DNA from: Squalus acanthias
Lineage: Eukaryota
Length of the DNA: 64,000 nt
NCBI GenBank assembly: GCA_030390025.1
Contig: CM059433.1
Span: 29,142,001-29,206,000 of the forward strand
Direction: 5' to 3'
Numbering within the stretch: position 1 is the stretch's first letter; every line of letters starts with the position of its first letter. This document shows positions 25,778 to 38,649 of the stretch, one piece after another. The notes under the pieces are model-generated. The model saw only the letters and a program-made list of their open reading frames with translations. It was not told the DNA's origin and did no database searches. The position numbers and the translations under genes are program-made.

Positions 25778-26135
25778 AAGAAAGAACTTGCATTTATATA
25801 ACGCCCTTCATGACCTCAGCACATCCCAAAGCATTTCAGAGCCCATGAAATACTTTTGAAGTGTAGTCACTGTTGTAATGTAGGAAACACAGTAGCCGAT
25901 TTGTGCACAGCAAGCTCCCATGAAAAAGCAATGAGGTAAATGACCAGGTCGTCTGTTCTTAGTGATGTTGATTGAGGGACAAATATTGGCTAGGACACTG
26001 GGGAGAACCCACCTCCTCTTTTTTGAAAGAGTGCCGTGAGATCTTTTTTGTCCACCTGAGAGATCAGATGGGGCCTTGGGTTAATGTCTCATCCGAAAGA
26101 CGGCACCTCCGACAGTGCAGCGCTCCCTCAGCACT
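25778..26135 (-). mobile_element. Deu-type SINE, 5'-truncated
   Basis: Reverse complement of about 920-1268. Confidence 0.8.
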
Positions 26136-26581
26136 GAGGTATAGCTGCATCTACTCCGCTTCCCAAGTTGAAATGAAGTCCTGGGCTTAGATGAATAAAA
26201 CAGAAACTGTTTTTTAACCAACAATGAAACAGTTTAGTATTCACTACAGCGCGCTACACTATAGCAGGATCACACTCGACTAAACACATTTCTGTTCTCT
26301 GCAGGTTCCACTCAGCAGGGGAATGCTTAAATCAAACAAATAAAATACAAAGAGATTTGCATTTTGTGTCAGATCAGGCAATCTACTCTTTTTACAAGAG
26401 TTCCATCTCATTACATCTGTTAATAGTAAACATTCTTCTATTATTTCCAGAGAGAGGGAGAGAGAGAGAAAATGAGTAAGAGGAAAAAAGGGGAAAGAGG
26501 GGCACATAGAGAGAAAAATAAGAATGGGGACGAGGAGATGTTGGGAGAGAGGATGAGTCTAAGTTCAGAATTGAGTGAGCA

Positions 26582-26870
26582 AAGAAAGACTTGCATTTAT
26601 AAAGCAACTTTCACGACCTCCGGACATTCCAAAGCACTTTACAACCAATTGAGTACTTCTGAAGTTGAAATGTAGAAAATGCAACAGCCAACTTGCGCAC
26701 AGCAAAGTCCCACAAACATCAATGTGATAATGACCAGATAATCTCTTTCAGGTGTTGGTTGAGGGATAAATATTGGCCCAGACAGATTTTATGCTCAAGT
26801 CTCTGGGAGTGGGACTTTGAACCCACAACATTCTGACTCAGAGTCGAGAGTGCTACTCACTGAGCCAAAT
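26582..26870 (-). mobile_element. Deu-type SINE with internal deletion
   Basis: Tail and tRNA-like head are present; the central part is missing relative to 41924-42379. Confidence 0.75.
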
Positions 26871-28169
26871 CTGCATGTATACTTCAGGCTATGCTGTCGG
26901 CTTTCAATTAGACCATATGAGGACATTCCCATTGTCATGGCTTCTTACTGTCAGCTGTACCCCAAGGTCTAGAGCTCCTTAGCTTTTAGACATCCTGGAG
27001 CTATCCGCCACTATTTTTAATTGACTTTTTTGCCCCAGTACGGACTGCAGACTGCAGCTTTGCATGCTTAATGGTCTCTGTTCACACCTCATTACCTAGC
27101 ATTCTTATATAGGTGAGCAGTGTAATGAACATGCAATTCCGTAGGTTAATGGCATAATTGACATCTATTTCCAGAGGTTATGTTTGAAATAACTCTCAGC
27201 CATTTTGGAATGCACCATTTCCTACAATCCCCAAAGTATTTTTGCAAAACTGCTTTGCCATACAGTACTGATCATTATAACGTTTCCAATCTATCTGGGC
27301 CATTACACTTGCATTGCACCTGACTTTATTTTTGTGCTAATAACCTACACTGTGGGACATTGTTAGTGTTGGTGTCAATGCGAATGAAAATTGTTGGTGT
27401 GCTTTGCACCACAATTATCTTTTTTTACTCAATTATGAGGCACTAACAAGTCAATTTTCGCAGCATGATTAATGCTATGTTTCAGCATCATTAATCACAG
27501 TGCAAAAATATAAAACCCTGCTGACATGGAAGCCTTTTAAACTTTCAAAAATGACTGAAAATTACCTTAATGTAGAGCTACAGAAACAGCAAAATTTGGT
27601 GCGTAAATTGGGGCTACAGACAGTTCCACGCAGTGCATTCATTTATTGATCGGCCCACGCCTATTGCTCCTGTAGGTTGAGTAAGCAGAGCTGTGTCCTG
27701 GAACATCTGCTTAATAAACCACAGAAACATTAAGTGTTGGTACCAAATCTTCTTCTTAGGCAGTAATACACTGCGAATTATGCTCGGGAAGGTACAGTAA
27801 TTGTAGCATTCAACTTCTAGGTTACTGGCACATTCTAGACTCTAGATTCCAATGGCTATGCAAATGCAATTGTCAGCATATTTTATGTTGCACGTACTAT
27901 TTCCATTCCGCAGTTGTGAGGTAAAATCAGGTCAATTTGGCCGCCAGCTTTCCTCTGTCACTGCGTTCTGCTACCAGGCAACATCTGTTTGTGCGTTAGT
28001 TTACAGGAGCAGATGAGTTCCAAGCAGAACCTCCTTGTCATTGGTGCTTTTCCAAGTGAGCTAGGTTCTATTGACTATATCCTACTGTCTGGCATGTTTA
28101 GAGCTCTGTCCCCTCTCCACAAAATAAGCAGACCCAATCTTAAACTTTACATAAAATTACATAAAATGA

Positions 28170-28732
28170 GCCCCTGCCTCAGCTCATCTGCTGCTGAAAC
28201 CCTCATCCATGCCTTTGTTACCTCTAGGCTTGACTATTCCAACGCACTCCTGTCTGACCTCCCATCTTCTACTCTCCATAAACTTAAGCTCAAGTCCCGT
28301 TCACCCATCACCTCTGTGCTCGCTGACCTACATTGGCTCCCGGTTAAGCAACGCCTTGATTTTAAAATTCTCATCCTTGTTTTCGAAGCCCTCCATGGCC
28401 ACGTCCCTCCCTCTCTCTGTAACCACTTCCAGTCCTACAACCCTCCGAGATATCTGCGCTCCTCCAATTCTGGCCTCTTGTGCATCCCTGATTTGAATCG
28501 CTCCATCATTGGCAGCCATGCCTTCAGCTGCCGAGGCCCTAAGCTCTATAATTCCCTCCTTAAACCTCTCCGTCTCTTTCCTCCTTTAAGGCGCTCCTTA
28601 AAAGCTACCTCTCTGCCCTAATATCTCCTTAGGTGGCTCGTTGTCAAAATTTGTTTGATAACGTTCCTCTGAAGCACCTTGGGATGTTTTACTAAGTTAA
28701 AGGCGCTATATAAATGCAAGTTGTTGTTGTTA
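28170..28732 (+). mobile_element. L2 LINE 3' end
   Basis: AAETLIHAFVTSRLDYSNALL, LHWLPVKQRLDFKIL; tail GGCGCTATATAAATGCAAG(TTG)n. Confidence 0.9.
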
Positions 28733-28734
28733 TT

Positions 28735-29180
28735 TTACAGCTCAGAAACAGGCCATTCGGCCCAACTGGTCCATTCCCACACGGATCTCCTCACACCCCA
28801 TTTCATCTAACCTTATCATCATAATCTTCTGTTCCATTCTCCCTCATATGTTTATATACCTTCCTCTTAAATGCATCTCTGCTATTCGCTTCAACTACTC
28901 CACGTGGTAGGGAGTTCCACATTCTCACCACTCTCTGAGTAAAGAAGTTTCTCATCAATTCTTTAATGAATTTATTTGTGACTATCTTATATTTATGGCC
29001 CCTGGTTTTGGTCTCCCACACAAATGGAAACATCTTCTCTACTTCTATCCTATCAAACCCTTTCTTAATTTTAAAGACCTTTATCTGGTCACCCCTTGTG
29101 CCTCTCTTTTCTAGAGAAAAGAGCCCCAGCCTGTCCAGTCTTTCCTGATAGTTATAACCTTTCAATTCTGGTATCATCCT
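28735..29180 (-). mobile_element. CR1 3' fragment
   Basis: ORF 28803-29243 YQERLDRLGLFSLEKR...FFTQRVVRMWNSLP. Confidence 0.88.
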
Positions 29181-29679
29181 TAATGGTATCAAACTTAAAC
29201 GTTCAGAGCATTGTCCTACATTTCCAATCTCGCAGTGGTACAAGAAAAAAAGAGCTTGCCTTTCACAAATTCAGGACATCTCACAGCACTGTACAATTTA
29301 TGGATTACTTTTGCAGTGTACTCACCGTTCTTATATGAGTGGATGCAGCAGCCAATTTGTGCAGAGCTAGATCCCACAACAGCAAATTAATGAATGATTA
29401 GTTGATCTGTTAGTTTAATTCCTGCCATTGCTCTTTTGCTTTGCATACATGGATTAAACGTCAGAACATGAGCAGGTGTACTTGAGAATGAAAGTAAGCA
29501 TGCATGAGTAGCTGGAAGACTGTCTTGAGGGGATTTGAGAAAGAAAATAAGGCAAAAAAAGCTAAAAGTAGAGAGGATTACTAAAATAAAGTATTAAAAT
29601 TATGGTGACCACATGTTAGCAGCGATGGAAGGACAAACAGAACAGCATTATCAGAAAACTGGAGGAGATTGCAAGCAAA

Positions 29680-30755
29680 TACAAGGGTTTATAGAGTATT
29701 AAACCAGTACCCAAATGAGTTATGAGGACAGAGTGACAGAACTGGGATCGTTTGCACTTCAGAAAAGATTGAGAGGGTCATGATTCAGGTCTTTAATATG
29801 GTGAAAGGTTAATGTGAATGAAAGTGGGTTATTGAAATCATGGCAGGACTAGAGGACATAAATATAAAACCAACAAGCATCAAGAAAGACTATAGATGAG
29901 AAGTTTTTTTTCACCCACAGAGTAGTAGATATGTGAAATGGACTCCCATCAAATGTAGATAATGCTATACTGATTAACTCTTAGCAAGGAGCTGGACAAC
30001 CTTTCCAATAAGGTTTCTGGCCGTCATAGCACTTAAACAGCACTCAACCAGCACTCAACCAAGTCACAAATGACATCCTCCGTGACTGTAACCATGGTGC
30101 ACTATCCCTTCTTGTCCTTCTCAAACTCTCTGCAGTCTTTGACACGGTCGACCCCACCATTCTCCTTCAACCCCATGTTAAAGTTATATAAAGCTCTGGT
30201 TAGACCCCATTTAGAGTACTTTGTTCAGCTCTGGGCACCGCTGCTCAGGAAGGATATATTGGCCTTGGAGGGAGTGCAGTGCAGGTTCAGCAGAATGATA
30301 CCGGGGCTAAAAGGGTTAAAGTATGAGGACAGGTTGTGTAGATTAGGCTTGTAGTCCCTTGAATATAGAAGATTAAGGGGTGATTTAATTGAGGTGTTTA
30401 AGATGATTAAAGGAGTTGGTAGGGTAGATAGAGAGAAACTATTTCCTCTGGTGGGGGAGTCCAGAACAAGGGGGTGTAACCTTAAAATTAGAGCTAGGCC
30501 GTTCAGTGGTGATGTCAGGAAGCACTTCTTCACACAAAGGGTAGCGGAAATCTAGAACTCTTTCCTCAAGAAAGCTGTTGAGGTTGGGGGTCAAGTCAAA
30601 ATTTTAAAACTGAAATTGATAGATTTTTGTTCGGCAAGGGTATTAAGGGTTACGGAACCAAGGCGGGTAGATGGAGCTAAGATACAGATCATCCCTGATC
30701 TAATTGAATGGCGGAACAGGCTGGAGGGGCTGAATGGCCTCCTGTTCCTATATTG
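29680..30755 (+). mobile_element. Old CR1 3' remnant (29680-30000), L2 fragment (30010-30172) and CR1 3' end (30175-30755)
   Basis: LYKALVRPHLEYFVQLWAP motif and CR1 3' UTR. The L2 piece is homologous to 44890-45010. Confidence 0.75.
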
Positions 30756-31256
30756 TTTCCGGGTAGTGGGGAGAGGTGTTGGGGTGGGGGGTGAAACCAG
30801 CAGCCCCCCTGCATCATGGGGATTCCACAGGAGTGTCCCTGGTGACGGGGTTATCTACCACTGGAATACAAAACAAGTGACTTCCCTCTGACCCTGTAAC
30901 CTTTCGCGGGATCAGATCCCTGGTGACCACATCTCACGAAGCCCCTCCTCCCCATGAAGTGTCTCAACAGCGACTTTCAATGGCAAACAAGTTTTCGAAG
31001 CCTAATCTGGTTAAACCTATCTCATTAACTTACTTAATAAACAACTTGACTGCTCTCATTCACAGTTTCAATTTTTTTGTTTATGTGCATTGTGATTCCT
31101 CAAGGCAATGAGATTATTTAAGAGGTCCATCATGTACACAGGATCACAGCGCTATCCTCACGAGATCTCCTGTAATTCATGTTCCGACAAATACCTTTTA
31201 AACTATGACTTTGTAAGGATTGTAAAAACAGATCACCACATGATAATGTATCTATA

Positions 31257-31535
31257 ATAACAACTTGCATTTATATAGCGCCTTTAACGTTGTAAAACTT
31301 CCCAAGATGCTTCACAGGAGCGTTATCCGACAAAATGTGACACTGAGCCACGTAAGGAGATATTAGGATGGGTGACGTAAAACTTGGTCAAAGAGGTAGG
31401 TTTTAAGGAGCGTCTTAAAGAAGGAGAGAGAGGTAGAGAGGTTTAGGGAGGGAATTACGGAGCTTAGGGCCTACTAGTCAGCTGAAGGCAGGGCTGCCAA
31501 TTGTGGCGTGAAGGAAGTGGGAGATGCACAAGAGA
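31257..31535 (-). mobile_element. L2 3' tail
   Basis: Homologous to 43710-43995. Confidence 0.8.
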
Positions 31536-31542
31536 AAGCACT

Positions 31543-31797
31543 GGAGTAGAAATGCAACTTGGGCGGCAGCGTAAAATGGGCCGTATCGCATCGGCCACCC
31601 ATTATATGCTTCACCCCATTGGCTTCAAGGGATGTGAATATGGGGCGAGGCGTATATCAGAGGCCCCATGCCATACCACCCATTATACGCTTCACCCCAT
31701 TGGCTTCAAGGGATGTGAATATGGGGCGAGGCGTATATCAGAGGGCCCATGCCATTCTGCCCGCTTTGCGCTACCACCTAAGAAGAATTTCTACCCC
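31543..31797. mobile_element. MITE with an internal 81-bp tandem duplication
   Basis: Imperfect TIRs GGAGTAGAAAT / ATTTCTACCCC. The unit starting CCACCCATTAT is repeated at 31595 and 31676. Confidence 0.65.
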
Positions 31798-32549
31798 ATC
31801 ATGTTACTCCTGCAATGCCAGGAAAGTATATTTTAAATCATTCTCAGGATGTGGGCATCACTGGCAAGGTCTGCATTCCTTGCCCACCCCTAGTTGCCCA
31901 AGGTTTGATACAACTGAGTGATGTGATAGGCCACTTCAGAGGGCAGTTAAGAGTCAATCACGCTGGCGTGGGACTGGAATCACATATAGGTCCAGACCGG
32001 GTAAGGTCAGCAGGTTTCCTTCCCTAAAGGACATTAGTGAACTAAGTATGAACTAAATGTAAAAGTATGTAAACAAAGAATCACACACAAGGATAAGGAC
32101 CTCCTGGTTTATTTGAACGACGCTAGTGCTCCAACTAATTCATAGTTTAATAACTCAAAGTTACATTATTTATAGCACCAGGAGCTTTTAATTTGTTTAT
32201 ACTGAATACTATGTAGAGTGGGTTTATACATCTGTGTAGTCTGTAAAGGTTGGGTAAAACAGATCCCACTCGACTCCTACAGCTCTCTGACGATCATTCT
32301 TTATTCTTGCAGACACTTGTGGAATCAGGACATACCAGAATATTTATCTTATTTATACACACACAGGGGACCATACATGCAGGCAATCCCGGTGCAAGGT
32401 TTTGCCTACTGGAAGCCCATATTGTCACTCCAGAGAGATTGATCACAAAATCTCGGCTGGTATTCCAGTGCAGAGTATACTGGTGGAAGCCGGGCAGCTG
32501 GAACTGAAGGCATCAGAGTTCAAGTTCAAGCCGATCCAGTGGGCTGTCT

Positions 32550-32925
32550 ACAACAACAACAACTTGCATTTATATAGCGCCTTTAACGTAGTAAAACATA
32601 CCAAGGCGCTTCACAGGTACGTTATCAGTCAAAATTTTGACACCGAGCCACATAAGGAGATATTAGGACAGGTGGCCAAAAGCTTGGTCAAAGAGGTAGA
32701 TTTTAAAGAGCATCTTAAAGAAGAGAGAGGTAAGAAAGAAAGAAAGAAAGACTTGTATTTATATAGTGCCTTTCACGACCACTGGACATCTCCAAGCCCT
32801 TTACAGCCAATTAAGTATTTTGGAGTGTAGTCACTGTTGTAATGTGGGAAACGCGGCAGCCACTTTGCACACAGCAAGCTCCCACAAACAGCAGGTAGGG
32901 AGAGAATTCCAGAGCTTAGAGCCTG
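32550..32925 (-). mobile_element. L2 3' tail interrupted by a Deu-type SINE tail (32733-32892)
   Basis: Homology to 43710-43935 and to the SINE copies. Confidence 0.75.
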
Positions 32926-33944
32926 CATGTGAGAATGCAGATGCGTATCACTTGTGTGTTTACTATGACTGATGGATCAATATAAAATATAGAAGAGGAC
33001 ACAAAATCTGCTACATCTTGTAAATCTTAAAGTATTAAAGTTGCTGACACTAGATTCCTCACCCTATTAACTAGGGAGATAAGACAGAAGCCAAAATCTT
33101 ACAAAGTGGTAACAAACGATATAATCAAATATGCAAATTCACATCATCACAACTGTTCTCTTTCTATCTGTTTCCCAAGCAGCCATCTGCTTTATACCTT
33201 ATTACGGAATAACCAAGTAGTGTAAATTTTGCAAGCAAGAAATGATGCATTTGATATTTCAGGGCTGTTCCCACTTTAAACAATGGTAATCATTGTACTC
33301 TTCGAATGATTAAGAATCTCTTTTATCACAACAAAGATATTTTTAATCTTCAAAAATTTATCTGCATTTTACATTGTGGTGGTTGTAATTTTTTCTGATT
33401 TTAATATCATCTGTCTGGATGCAGGTCATATTTCTACCAGCTTTTCTTAACTATTTACAATCTTTTTTTTACTATTAGTAGCCCGTTGTCTGGCATGATG
33501 GTTGATTTTGACCTTGGGTGATAGTGTAGGTCAGGCGATATCGAATCAGCCGCTCGTTATCTCCCAACTTTTATTTGTGTTTACTTAGATTACATAGAAT
33601 ATACAGCACAGAAACAGACCATTCCGCCCAACCAGTCTATGCTGGCATTTATGCTCCATTGGAGCAGAAGGGATTAACTACGACTATGACCCTGGAACAA
33701 CATTATTGCGCTAGATTCGGACCGACAGTAATTTTTATAACCATTAGCAATCTAGCTGTTAATTCTTCTTTGGATGGTATTAACACCAATTTGTTCATTC
33801 TGATCCACGTTTAACACAGCAGTAAATTTTCTAGTCCAGTGGACCGAATCAAACCGACACAACTATAGCTGCCTGTTGAAGTCAATAGTAATGAAAATCA
33901 GGGGAGGTGTATAATGGGCGGCTGATTCAATATCACCTGTGTTA

Positions 33945-34360
33945 GTCATGGCTCTCGCCTGAGTCAGAGAGTTGTTGGTTCAAGCCCTACTCCAGTGACT
34001 TGAGCACAAAATCAAAGCTGACACACCAGTGCAGTACTGAGGGAGTGCTACACTGTCGGAGGTGCCGTCTTTTGAATGAGACAGTAAGCCGAAGCCCCGT
34101 CTGCTTTCTCTGGTGGATGTAAAGGATCCCATGGTACTATTTGAAGAAGAGCAGGGGAGTTCTGGCCAATATATATCCCTCAATCAACATCATTAAAACA
34201 GATTATATGGCCATTATCACATTGTTGTTTGTGGGAGCTTGCTGTGCGCAAATTCCTGCGCGTTTTCCCACATTACAACAGTGACCACACTTAAAAAGTA
34301 TTTCATTGGCTGTAAAGTGCATTGGGATATCCTTATAAATGCAAGTCTTTCTTTTTCTTT
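33945..34360 (+). mobile_element. Deu-type SINE
   Basis: Colinear with 810-1268. Confidence 0.82.
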
Positions 34361-35349
34361 TACAGGTCATATATCTAGTAGTTTTTCTTAACTACTTACA
34401 ATCATATTTACTTTTAATAGTCTGTTGTCTTACATGGAGTGAAAACTAGGATTACGTGAATTCCAGTGGGAACGTTTAGCCATCTGTGCACTAAAGTCTG
34501 CTCTACTACAATGTTTTGAGGAATATACAGCGGACAAGGAATGTTTCTGTTTTCAGGAAGGAGAGGCAACACGGATCGGATTATATGCTGAGAACGTCCC
34601 TGGTGGTTCCCTTTACCAGCCGTCACAACTTTGGTGGAAACGCATCTCTCTGGGGTGTCCGCCATAGTTATGGCGACCGATTGGGAAAATCCCTCCCACC
34701 CCATGGAAATTCCCAGTGATATGTTGCAGTTGCAGTGTGAAAGCAGGAATTACATTCATCCAGATGTTATTCAAAGTTGAAAAGAAACTTTCTGTGGTCC
34801 CATGAGTAGAGATTTAAGGGGCAAGTTGCCAAACTTCACAATCCCACCAGAAGCGCATATTGGAAATGACCTGTTTATTGACTGGTATTTGACACTCCAG
34901 CCCTGGTTTTCCAGGATAGAGGTAAAAGAAAGACTTGCATTTATATAGCACCTTTCATGACCTCAGGATGTCTCAAAGAGCTTTACAGCCAATGAAGCAA
35001 AGGTAGGCATCAAGTAACGTAAATCAGGATCAATGTGGTCTCCTGGACTAGTTTCGATTGCCCAAGGGTGTTGGAGAGGAATTTTTTAGTATTATTTCCC
35101 CCTTTAATTGGCCTGGGTTTTTATCTGTTTTTTTTGCCTGTCTCAGTAGATTACAGTGGGGTGGGGCCTGGGGAGTGCATATATTGTGAGGCATAAAGCA
35201 TTTTTTTTAAATTGTGGATTAGTATACAATAGCATACCTACAATAACAATCAGCTACATTAACCATTGTGTTATGTATGATGCTATCAGCTAGGGGTTTG
35301 GTTGTTGAAGAGGATGTATTGGCCATGGTAGGAAGGTTGTTGGTTTGTA

Positions 35350-35832
35350 ACCATGGTGCACTATCCTGCCTGACCTCTCTGCAGCCTTTAACACGGTCGA
35401 CCACACCACCTTCTCTAACGCCTCTCCTCCATTGCCTTGCTCATTGGGACCACCTTCGCTTGGTTCCATTCTTACCTATCCAATCATAGCAAGAGTATCT
35501 TCAGCAATGGCTCCTCTTTCTGCCCCCACACTGTTATCGCTGGAGTCCCCCAAGGATCTATTTCTGACCCCCTCCTCTTCCTCATCTACATGCTGTCCCT
35601 TGGTGACATTGGGTCAGCTTTTCTATGTACGCTGACAACACCCAGCTCTGCCTCTCCATCACCACTCTTGACCCCTCCACTGCCTCCTTAAAAACCAACC
35701 GCTTTGATCAAGCTTTAAGTCACCCATCCTCCTAATGGCTTGCTCTCCATTTTTGGCTGGTTCCGCATCTGTGAAGCACCTCGGGGCATCTTTTCCATGT
35801 CAAAGGTGCTATATAAATGCAACTTGTGTCTT
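35350..35832 (+). mobile_element. L2 fragment with internal deletion
   Basis: WFHSYLSN, GVPQGSISDPLLFLIYML, then an L2 3' tail. Confidence 0.8.
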
Positions 35833-36759
35833 TTCTTGTCGAGTACGTTGGTTGTCGATTGCCATAACTTTATTTTTTTCCTGGATTAACTTTGTGGAAC
35901 GTGTAGGGCTTTTTTGTTCTATTTTCACCCCAGAATAGTTAACTCCAGTCATAATGAGGGAGTTGCTATGGTTCCATCTTGTGCCTATTGCTGGTGTGAC
36001 TGAGTGTGCAGATGTTTTAACTTTTTTTTTATTTGTCACTGCCTCATGTGAAAGTAGTCATGATCAGGTTGTTATCTCACATACAGATTAAAATTCTATA
36101 TTCCATATACGTGATGTAGCAACCATGCAGCACATGGTGCCACATCATTTGCAATATTAGGCTTACAGCTAAATAACTATTTAATGCAATTAATGAATGC
36201 AAACTAATTGACACCTCACCAGAATGACAAGAAGAAGCAGAAGACCACCAGTGATATCAACCCAACAAAATTGCATGACGTTATGGGTGTGAACTACGTA
36301 GTATCATTGGAGTATGGACCTCCGTTGGTCCAGTCATGCAGTCCCATTGGGTCTATGGGTGAGGCACACCTAAGGATACATATGGGTGGATGCTCCTGTG
36401 CATTATTCCAGTTATACCTTTGTAATCAATAATGATCTCTCAGAGTTCTTGGACAAGACACTCAAAATAGGTAGCAACCAGTAGTACTTGAGCCATAGAT
36501 CAAGATTTATTAAGCTTACAGCGTAATATACTTAACAAGAGGCGATAGTTTTAACGAGTAGCTCGCAGCCCTTGGTCTCTGGAACCTCTTGGACACAGGT
36601 GACGTCATCTACAGTCCGTTCCTTTGTTCTCGCAGTAGCTCTGTGATCTGTGTAAAGTTGTTTTTCGAATATCAAGGTTTTAACCCATTTTTTATCAAAT
36701 GTTCGTTTGGCCAGTGTCCATATATGGTCTTTAACAAAATCACCTTTTTTAATTGGTTC

Positions 36760-38468
36760 TGTAAAGCTTCGCAATTATCGCGATTCAAAATAACGAGATA
36801 GAAGCAGATTCGTTTGATCAGTTTATTTAAACGAAATGCTGTCATGATATAAAGGACACAGAAGCCTGTAAAATGGCCGCTGCGCATCGTGGCAGAAGCT
36901 TCCAGAAGTACAGTGGGCAGACAAGATGGCGTTCGAATAAACATTTTCAATATAAGACGGGATCATACTCGATAAGCACTGATAAAGACAGGATGCAACC
37001 TGTTTGCATTTGTGACAATAGCAAAAGATATGAGTGCTGGAATCGTTTTCCATGCACAAGTAAGGACCATTGTACTGGGCAATCGAAGGCCCATCCAGAC
37101 ACATCAATACACAAATACCCCCACGGCTCTACAATGAGAGAGCCATTCTCGGGTGATTAAACAAGTATTCGGGGGCCCCCAAAACCAGTCAGGGAGACGA
37201 TTCATACGGTCCTGGCTGGGCCAACAATGGGGAAACCATTAATGGGTAGTTGGCCAGTCTCAGGTGCTACCGAAACCCGTTAAAGACAAGAATCACCCCA
37301 TGCTGGGAGTTTTGAGCGCCAATATTTCACAAAGGACAAACATTAAGATTTGGGCGGGAGATAAGGGAACACAGCACTATAACTATAGACAACAAATGTC
37401 CATCGCTCTCTTATTCTCTTATCTCGCTGCTGACTGCTGAGGGTTTCACTCTCTTATTCGCCTGCCGCTCCATGGACTCGCTTGACTGGTGAGCTTCTGT
37501 GTTTTTCCTGGACTTTGTTGACTCTTAGCCGTACTGGTCGGTTACTCGAATGTTGGGTGGAGCTCAAACGGAACGAGCCGCCTCAACGAGGGCAAGTGAC
37601 CGGGTGCACCATCCCGAGGGTCGGTAAACGGTGTCTGGACCCGAAGGCCCGAAGAGACGAGACGAGACGAGAAGAAGAGGAGAAGAATCCACGTGCCGCC
37701 GCGGTCAGCAAACCCCGACCGCGCCCGAAAATATACGACCCATTTCTTGAACTCTACAGGTTACTGCATGAACTGGCCAAAGACTCTTCTTCGAATTCTA
37801 CCGACAACTGGTGTCGGTACAGGAAGACTTTTCTTTCAGTTCTACAGCCGGGCCCGAGTGCTGTCGAGTTCTTCATGACAACGGGGAGCCCAGCCTGCTT
37901 GCTGCAGCAGCGAAGATAAACAAGTGGGGTACAGAGACCCCTCCAAACACGTGACAGTCAGGCGCTGCAGCGAAACGAGCCGAGTGCCTCACTTTAAAAT
38001 TCTCCGAAGTATCACGAGTGGTGAGCATGTTTCCCGATCCTACAAATCTAGATGTAGTGTAGGTATTGATAAGGGAGGGTGGTTTTATTAAGGATAAAGT
38101 ATAATGTGTTCCCCTTTTTACGATGTGCCGTGCGTTCTTCATTACCATAGACCAAGCTTTATGAATGTATGTATACTTGTACTCTCGTTAATTTGCGCCT
38201 ATGACATGTACTTCATGATTTTGGACGCTATGCAATAAAGATTTCCATTTCGTACTATTCAACCGGGTCTATTTGAGTTTTTCTTTGCATTACTGCTCTC
38301 GCACCTAAGTCCAGTGTTAGAACCGTAAGGGCGAGTGGGTCGAACCACTCACAGGTGCTTATTGCAACAAGGCTGGCCGGAGACCAGAGCAAGCAATAGT
38401 ATTAGGCAACGAAGGCCTAACCCCGCACCAGCACCGTCTGCGATACAAGCACGCCAAAACCCCTTACA
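36760..38468 (+). mobile_element. Solo LTR (1709 bp) of an LTR retrotransposon or endogenous retrovirus
   Basis: TGTAA...TTACA termini and an exact 4-bp TSD GTTC (36756-36759, 38469-38472). TATAA at 37378 is followed by a CT-rich tract; AATAAA at 38234. CpG-rich relative to its flanks. Confidence 0.85.
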
Positions 38469-38506
38469 GTTCTAATGGTCAAAATATCATTGTCACTCAA
38501 ATTAAG

Positions 38507-38638
38507 ATGAGAAGTCGCACAACACCAGGTTATAGTCCAACAGTTTTATTTAAAATTACGAGCTTTCGGAGCTGCTGCCCCTTCGTCAGGTAGAGGTACA
38601 GTGAGGGAATCTAATACACAGTATATATATATATAACG
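38507..38638 (-). mobile_element. Penelope-like terminal fragment
   Basis: 12-bp direct repeat ACTCAAATTAAG (38495-38506, 38639-38650); reverse-complement homology to 3598-3683. Confidence 0.8.
38557..38592 (-). ncRNA. Minimal type I hammerhead ribozyme motif
   Basis: UAC-CUGACGA-A-GGGGC(agca)GCUCC-GAA-AGCU-C-GUA on the reverse strand. Confidence 0.72.
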
Positions 38639-38649
38639 ACTCAAATTAA

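Noticed and set aside
32218..32550. Possible host exon (acceptor-like TTCTTGCAG with open frames)
   Set aside because: No recognisable protein similarity, no clear donor site and no partner exons.
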